From positions 47,809 through 111,808 of the forward strand of contig CAZGNC010000003.1 of the NCBI GenBank assembly GCA_964527235.1: a stretch of DNA of 64,000 nt, in the 5' to 3' direction. The notes under the pieces were generated by a model. The model was not told the origin of the DNA. It saw only the letters and a list, made by a program, of their open reading frames with translations, and made no database searches. Both the position numbers and the translations under genes were made by a program. Source of the stretch: an uncultured Candidatus Saccharibacteria bacterium. GTDB lineage: Bacteria; Patescibacteriota; Minisyncoccia; Phycocordibacterales; UBA9973. Positions within the stretch are counted from its first letter, which is position 1, and each line of letters begins with the position of its first letter. Shown one piece after another: positions 58,703 through 64,000 of the stretch.

Positions 58703-59062
58703 ATGAAATCCTACGAGAACATAAATGAATACATGAAGGATGTGCCGAAAGATTTCCTTCCCAAGCTAAAGGAAATCCGATCTTTAGCAAACAAGCTCAT
58801 ACCTAGGGGCGTAGAGTCTATAAAATACGGCATGCCGACGGTAGAGCTCAACGGTAAGAATTTTATTCACTATGCTTCGATGAAGGGGCACCTGGGTTTC
58901 TACCCAGCACCCTCGGGAGTGAAGGCATATGAGAGTGAGCTACAAAAGAAAGAAATAAGTTTCTCGAAAGGTTGCATCAGGTTCCCATATGACAAACCTC
59001 TGCCTATCCCTCTAATTACAAAAATAATAAAATTCAGACTCAAAGAAGAGTCTGGGAAATAG
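58703..59062 (+). CDS. DUF1801/YdhG family protein
   Basis: E.IKYGMP, HLGFYP and KG.IRFP...PLP..LI. Confidence 0.88.
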   Translation: MKSYENINEYMKDVPKDFLPKLKEIRSLANKLIPRGVESIKYGMPTVELNGKNFIHYASMKGHLGFYPAPSGVKAYESELQKKEISFSKGCIRFPYDKPLPIPLITKIIKFRLKEESGK

Positions 59063-59132
59063 AATAATTATATGGGAAAAATGAGAGAATTAAAAATACC
59101 TCTATAATCAATTATTCTGTTATAATTACCCT

Positions 59133-59522
59133 ATGAACAAAGTCACACATTTTGAATTCCCTTGGGACGACAAAGAGCGAGCGAAAGCTTTTTACCAAAA
59201 CGTTTTTGATTGGAAGCCTTTCGAATGGGAGCAGTTTGGCTATACTAGCTGGCAGACTGGTCCAGTAAATGAAAAGATGCAACCAACTGAGCCAGGTTTC
59301 ATAAATGGTGGCTCTAGTAAGCGCGACCCAAGCATGCCACATCCGATGTTCTATATAGATGTCGATGATATTGATTTAGCGTTAAGTAAAATCAAAGAAA
59401 GCGGTGGCGCAGTTGTAAAAGACAAAACTCCATTGGGAGAAAACGGCTCAATGGGTTTCTTGGCTTGGTTCAAAGATTCTGAGGGTAACATTCTTGGACT
59501 TTCTCAGTATAAAAAATCTTAG
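59133..59522 (+). CDS. VOC/glyoxalase family protein
   Basis: VTHFE, RA..FY..VF.W, INGG and FKDSEGN..GL. Confidence 0.9.
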   Translation: MNKVTHFEFPWDDKERAKAFYQNVFDWKPFEWEQFGYTSWQTGPVNEKMQPTEPGFINGGSSKRDPSMPHPMFYIDVDDIDLALSKIKESGGAVVKDKTPLGENGSMGFLAWFKDSEGNILGLSQYKKS

Positions 59523-59538
59523 TAATTAAATTAATCCT

Positions 59539-59835
59539 ATGAAAAAACCATTCTTACATGCACTAGGCGCAGTTTTATACATAGTGGTAATAGTATTCTT
59601 TATCCACACGGCTACGACCAACCTAAGCGACAAGCCAGACACGATATTTGCCCCGATGGCTATGCTTAGTCTGTTCGTGTTATCCGCAGCAGTTATGGGG
59701 TTCCTGTTCCTATCCCAGCCACTCCAGCTCCTCGTCGCTAACCAGAAGAAAGAAGCCCTCACCTTCTTTGGGCAGACTGTAGGGTTCTTCGCAGGCTTTG
59801 TATTACTTTTTGTAATTTTACTCTTCTTATATTAA
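59539..59835 (+). CDS. Small 3-TM membrane protein
   Basis: Hydrophobic; LFVLSAAVMG.LF. Confidence 0.7.
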   Translation: MKKPFLHALGAVLYIVVIVFFIHTATTNLSDKPDTIFAPMAMLSLFVLSAAVMGFLFLSQPLQLLVANQKKEALTFFGQTVGFFAGFVLLFVILLFLY

Positions 59836-59847
59836 AATACTGAATAT

Positions 59848-60609
59848 ATGAAAAACAATATAATAATAATTTTAGCGTTGCTTGTTTTATTAGGTGGTTT
59901 TCTTTATTTTACTAAAAACCAAAAAGAGCCTGCTAGTACCACAGCAGTATATTCGAGCCAAGAACTAGGCTTTGAGTTCACTCACAACACAGGACCTAAC
60001 GGCTACGTAGTCTCAGATGCTACCCCTGCCAACAAAGAGGGAGATCTATTGAGTACAGTTGTCCTAATGCAAACAAAAGACAAAGAAAATCTAGACAAGA
60101 ACGGCGCTCCAGTCGGCGGTGAAGGACCTGCGACAATCGCAGTAAATGTTTTCAAAAATACCAAGAACCGACAGCCTAGCGTCTGGGCTATGGAGAATCC
60201 TACTCTTAGTAACTACAACCTCAAACTCACTGAACCCGCAGAAACAGTAGTAGGTGGTGCTAACGCCGTAAGCTACAAGGCAGACGGTCTGTATGCTTCG
60301 AACAACGTCGTGGTAGCACACGGAGGCTACATATACGTCTTTACAGGCATGTACCTAGATGAGAATTCTAATCTCAGCCGAGACTTCCTACCGCTTATAA
60401 ATTCAGTGAAATTTATCCCGACATCATCAGGCGCAGTAAGTGGGAAAATAAATATCGATGAAGTTTGCCAGAACGCTCTAATATATATGTCATTCCCTGA
60501 CAGTAAAGCTGCAGATAAATTCGTCCAGGATTGTAAAGATGGCAAACACCCAGAAGTAATCGAGAAATTCAAAAAAGATATGGGTCTCGGAGATGGCGCA
60601 GCTATCTAA
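59848..60609 (+). CDS. Membrane-anchored hypothetical protein
   Basis: N-terminal TM; C-terminal VC..AL.YM.F.....A..FV..CK.G. Confidence 0.65.
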   Translation: MKNNIIIILALLVLLGGFLYFTKNQKEPASTTAVYSSQELGFEFTHNTGPNGYVVSDATPANKEGDLLSTVVLMQTKDKENLDKNGAPVGGEGPATIAVNVFKNTKNRQPSVWAMENPTLSNYNLKLTEPAETVVGGANAVSYKADGLYASNNVVVAHGGYIYVFTGMYLDENSNLSRDFLPLINSVKFIPTSSGAVSGKINIDEVCQNALIYMSFPDSKAADKFVQDCKDGKHPEVIEKFKKDMGLGDGAAI

Positions 60610-60617
60610 CTGCATCA

Positions 60618-61052
60618 ATGCAAAAAGAAACACACATCAAATGCCGAGGCGTGATAACCCATGAAGGGAAATTGTTGTTGGTTAAGCATCCTCAAGATAC
60701 CAGCTTCGCCACCCTCCCTGGTGGGCATTTAGAGTGGGGTGAAGATTTACGAACTTGTCTAGAAAGAGAATTAGTAGAAGAGCTCGGCATAAAACCCCAG
60801 ATAGGCAGACTGCTGTACATACACAGCTTTGTAGATAAAACTGGCACCAATCATTTCCTAGAATTTTTCTTTGAAGTATTAAACGGCGAAGAATATGCGA
60901 ACTCTAACAATGCCCAAACTTCACATGCACACGAACTCGCAGAAAAGCTCTGGGTGTCGCCCGAAGATGACATCCGAATACTACCAGGAAAATTTGCAAA
61001 CGATTTCAAAGAAGGTGTAATGATTGCAGATACGGTTAGATACATTAGCTAG
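60618..61052 (+). CDS. NUDIX hydrolase
   Basis: LPGGHLEWGE....LERELVEELG Nudix box. Confidence 0.92.
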   Translation: MQKETHIKCRGVITHEGKLLLVKHPQDTSFATLPGGHLEWGEDLRTCLERELVEELGIKPQIGRLLYIHSFVDKTGTNHFLEFFFEVLNGEEYANSNNAQTSHAHELAEKLWVSPEDDIRILPGKFANDFKEGVMIADTVRYIS

Positions 61053-61080
61053 AAAAAATAAATCTAGTATAATAATTTAT

Positions 61081-61818
61081 ATGCGAAAATTTTTAATTCC
61101 GTTTTTTGTTGTTGTATTCATCATTCTTTCTGCCACATTTTGGCTCAATCAAAAAGACCCCACCCCGAAAGTCACCGACCCATCAGCAGTAGCCTGTACT
61201 GAAGAGGCCCTGATGTGCCCTGACGGCTCGTACGTGGCCAGAGAGGGGCTAGACTGCTCTTTCAGAATGTGCCTAGGCGCAGGGCCATTTACAGGCAAGC
61301 TAATTCAGCAAGGCAATGGCTTCTTCCTGGTTATCGGCGCACCAGAAGACACAACCGAAGAAGTCAGCTATTCCCTACCCCTAACTATCAAAGTCTCAAA
61401 CCCTCTAGGTACTCTCGTAGGCAAATATGTATCAGTGCAAGGTAGCTTCATCTCAGGCAACACTTTCGAAGTCACTTCACTAGAAGAAATTCTTGGTAGC
61501 GACAACGGCGGTGAAATTGTAAAAATAAAAATGGGAGAATCTGGTTTCGCTAACGGCGTACGCATCACACTCCGCAAGGTAGATTCAGATAGTAGGTGTC
61601 CTAAAGATGTGAAATGCATAACTGCAGGGCTCGCATCTTTCGAAGTGGTACTCAAGAGCGACACCGATCAAGAAACAGTCACTCTCGCAAGCGACAAACC
61701 CGAGCACCCATTTGATGCATTCAAGGTCTCTATAGTAGACGTCACACCCGCACCCGTATCTACAAAAAAAATCCTCGAGTCTGAATACGAGGTAACTTTC
61801 AAAGTAGAGAATCTCTAA
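61081..61818 (+). CDS. Membrane-anchored protein with Cys-rich motif
   Basis: CTEEALMCPDGSYV.R....C.F..C and DSRCP.DV.CI.AG. Confidence 0.7.
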   Translation: MRKFLIPFFVVVFIILSATFWLNQKDPTPKVTDPSAVACTEEALMCPDGSYVAREGLDCSFRMCLGAGPFTGKLIQQGNGFFLVIGAPEDTTEEVSYSLPLTIKVSNPLGTLVGKYVSVQGSFISGNTFEVTSLEEILGSDNGGEIVKIKMGESGFANGVRITLRKVDSDSRCPKDVKCITAGLASFEVVLKSDTDQETVTLASDKPEHPFDAFKVSIVDVTPAPVSTKKILESEYEVTFKVENL

Positions 61819-61857
61819 AAGTTTCATAAAATATAAAATAGTTATACTATATATAGT

Positions 61858-62976
61858 ATGCGTAAATTCAGTAGAATTCTGTATATTCATGTTATAAAAC
61901 CCATACTTTTTTTATTCCCTGCCGATGATGTGCATGAGATGTTCCTGCGTTTTGGCGGCAAACTGGGTAAACACAAATGGGTCAGAAAATCCCTCCGGAC
62001 TATTTGGAGCTACGAAGATAAAATCCTAGAACAAAATATCCTGGGTATGAATTTCAAAAATCCCATAGGCCTCTCTGCCGGCTTTGACTACAATGCCGAC
62101 TTACCAGAAATACTGCCAAGCATAGGCTTCGGATTCCACACCATCGGCACACTCACCCATGATGCATACGGAGGCAACACTCCACCGATGCTCGCCAGAC
62201 TACCGAAATCAAATTCACTTCTAGTTAACAAAGGTTTCAAGAATAAAGGAGCCGAAGAAGTCCTCTCTCACCTAAAACCGCATACCCATGAGGCAGTCCG
62301 CGGGGTCAGCATCGGCGCTACCAATAAACCCTACCCAGACTTTCATGCCATGATTGCGAACCTAGTAGAGGGCTTTCGCGATGCAGAAAAATTTCACAAC
62401 TTTGATTTCTATGAGCTCAATATCAGTTGCCCCAATTTACAGAACCTACAAAACCTCAAAGAACAGATAGCTTCACCCACAGGACTAAGACAAGCTTTAG
62501 TGCTACTTGCGAAGCTCAATCTAGAACGACCTGTATTTATGAAAATGCCTCTAGAGAGAACTACGGACGAGATGAAAGAATTAATAGAAGTTGCAAGCGA
62601 CTTCCCTTTTATTAAAGGATTGATTTTCTCGAACTTAGCAAAAGATCGCAACAACCCGTCTTTCGACAAAGAAGAAGTGGCTAAAGCTGGCAAGGGTAAC
62701 TTCAGTGGTAAACCCGTAGAAGAAAAATCAAATGAGATTCTGCATTATGCATATCAAAAATACAAAAACAGATTTGTCTTGGTTGGAGTCGGTGGAGTGT
62801 TCACCGCAGAAGACGCTTATAAGAAAATCCAACTCGGCGCATCGTTGATCCAGTTAATAACTGGAATGGTATTCAACGGTCCTTCTCAAATCGGCATCAT
62901 CAACAAAGAATTAGCCGAGCTCCTACGCAAAGATAAATTTACAAACATACAAGACGCAGTAGGTTCGAAGGCTTAA
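61858..62976 (+). CDS. pyrD: Dihydroorotate dehydrogenase (quinone, class 2-like)
   Basis: NPIGLSAGFD, NISCPN, SGKP, GVGGV and GASLIQL.T. Confidence 0.9.
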   Translation: MRKFSRILYIHVIKPILFLFPADDVHEMFLRFGGKLGKHKWVRKSLRTIWSYEDKILEQNILGMNFKNPIGLSAGFDYNADLPEILPSIGFGFHTIGTLTHDAYGGNTPPMLARLPKSNSLLVNKGFKNKGAEEVLSHLKPHTHEAVRGVSIGATNKPYPDFHAMIANLVEGFRDAEKFHNFDFYELNISCPNLQNLQNLKEQIASPTGLRQALVLLAKLNLERPVFMKMPLERTTDEMKELIEVASDFPFIKGLIFSNLAKDRNNPSFDKEEVAKAGKGNFSGKPVEEKSNEILHYAYQKYKNRFVLVGVGGVFTAEDAYKKIQLGASLIQLITGMVFNGPSQIGIINKELAELLRKDKFTNIQDAVGSKA

Positions 62977-63009
62977 GCTTTACCAAACATCTGGTATAAT
63001 ACAAACACT

Positions 63010-63564
63010 ATGACAAAAATAATATCTTGGTTAGCTATCGCTGGATTAGTAGTAGTTGGAGGATATTTAGTAATGGAACCTAAGGCAACTGAAGAAAAAA
63101 CTCAAAACGAGTTGCAAGAAGTAGTGGTAGAAGACACCACAAAAGAAGAAGCGCCAACTACCGGTAAGAAAATGGCTTTCTCTCAATTTATCAAACAAGG
63201 TGGCGCATATAAATGCACCGTGAACCAAACCCTAAGTGGCATAGATACCACTGGAGTAACTTATATCAACGACTCTATGATTCGCGGAGAATTCAATACT
63301 AGAATCCAGAATATGAATATTGACTCAACTTTCATCGTGCGCGATGGATACACTTATAGCTGGAGTTCAGTCATGCCTACAGCAGGATTCAAAGTTAAGA
63401 TGACAGGCACAGCCACAACACCTGACACAACCACAGGCACAACTGGTTCTTATAGCTGGAATGCAGAACAAATCGGCGACTATGATTGCCAACCTTGGAC
63501 AGTTGACCAAGCTAAATTCACAGTACCTACTACTGTAACGTTCAAAGAAGTAAGTTCTAACTAA
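63010..63564 (+). CDS. Membrane-anchored hypothetical protein
   Basis: N-terminal TM, beta-rich domain, C..W..D...F.VP end. Confidence 0.65.
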   Translation: MTKIISWLAIAGLVVVGGYLVMEPKATEEKTQNELQEVVVEDTTKEEAPTTGKKMAFSQFIKQGGAYKCTVNQTLSGIDTTGVTYINDSMIRGEFNTRIQNMNIDSTFIVRDGYTYSWSSVMPTAGFKVKMTGTATTPDTTTGTTGSYSWNAEQIGDYDCQPWTVDQAKFTVPTTVTFKEVSSN

Positions 63565-64000
63565 CTATTTCTTTCTATTTTCTACCGCAGCTTTAATAAA
63601 AGCAGAGAAAAGCGGATGAGGAGAAAGTGGGTGTGCTAAAAATTCAGGATGAAACTGAGTACCCAGGAAAAACGGGTGCTCGCTCTTTGGTAGTTCAGCA
63701 ATCTCCATCAAAACATCGTCAGGAGACCTGCCAGAGAATACTAGCCCAGCATCTTCTAATTGTTTTATGTAATCAGGGTTAACTTCGTATCGATGTCGGT
63801 GACGCTCTAGGATTTCTTTGGCTCCGTAAGCTTCACTGGCGATACTTCCCTTCATAAGCACTGCGATGTACTCACCTAATCGCATACTACCTCCATAATC
63901 TTTATTCTTTATCTTGTCTACCTGGTCTGCCATTGTAATAATTACAGGATATTTAGAATCTGGATTTATTTCTTTTGTATTTGCTTCTTTAAGTCCCAAC
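63565..64000 (-). CDS. pyrG: CTP synthase, C-terminal part (continues beyond window)
   Basis: GGSMRLG, ERHRHRYEVN, QFHPEF and PHPLF. Confidence 0.95.
   Translation of the reverse strand, partial: LGLKEANTKEINPDSKYPVIITMADQVDKIKNKDYGGSMRLGEYIAVLMKGSIASEAYGAKEILERHRHRYEVNPDYIKQLEDAGLVFSGRSPDDVLMEIAELPKSEHPFFLGTQFHPEFLAHPLSPHPLFSAFIKAAVENRKK

Overview
Chromosomal window of a small-genome Patescibacteria (CPR, Parcubacteria/OD1-like) bacterium. The assignment rests on 16S primer-site variants (515F site GTGCCAGCAGGAGCGGTAA, 338F site ACACCTACGGGTGGCTGCAG) and on gene content. Housekeeping genes include murC/D/E, secA, secG, metK, msrA/B, rnj, htrA, guaA, pgl-gnd-zwf, pyrD and a partial pyrG. The window also holds an unlinked 16S rRNA gene, tRNA-Ala(GGC), tRNA-Gln(CTG), a 1477-aa repetitive surface protein, a low-GC restriction-modification island between msrB and msrA, and an OLD-type nuclease next to a tRNA-Gln att-like scar. 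The main signal is two expression grammars in one genome. The 16S rRNA lacks the anti-Shine-Dalgarno tail (GGATTAATTCAA instead of GGATCACCTCCT), and many native AT-rich genes look leaderless (-10 box 6-7 nt before the start codon). In contrast, nine visibly GC-rich small orphan genes at seven loci carry SD motifs (canonical GGAGG in seven, GGAG/AGGTGA in two). They have a sigma70-like promoter per locus, GC-rich terminators, and in five cases a shared AACCC-N3-6-CGG(G)AGG-type leader. Several are missed by the ORF track. They look built for a ribosome this genome's 16S does not encode, possibly the host's; that interpretation is inference.
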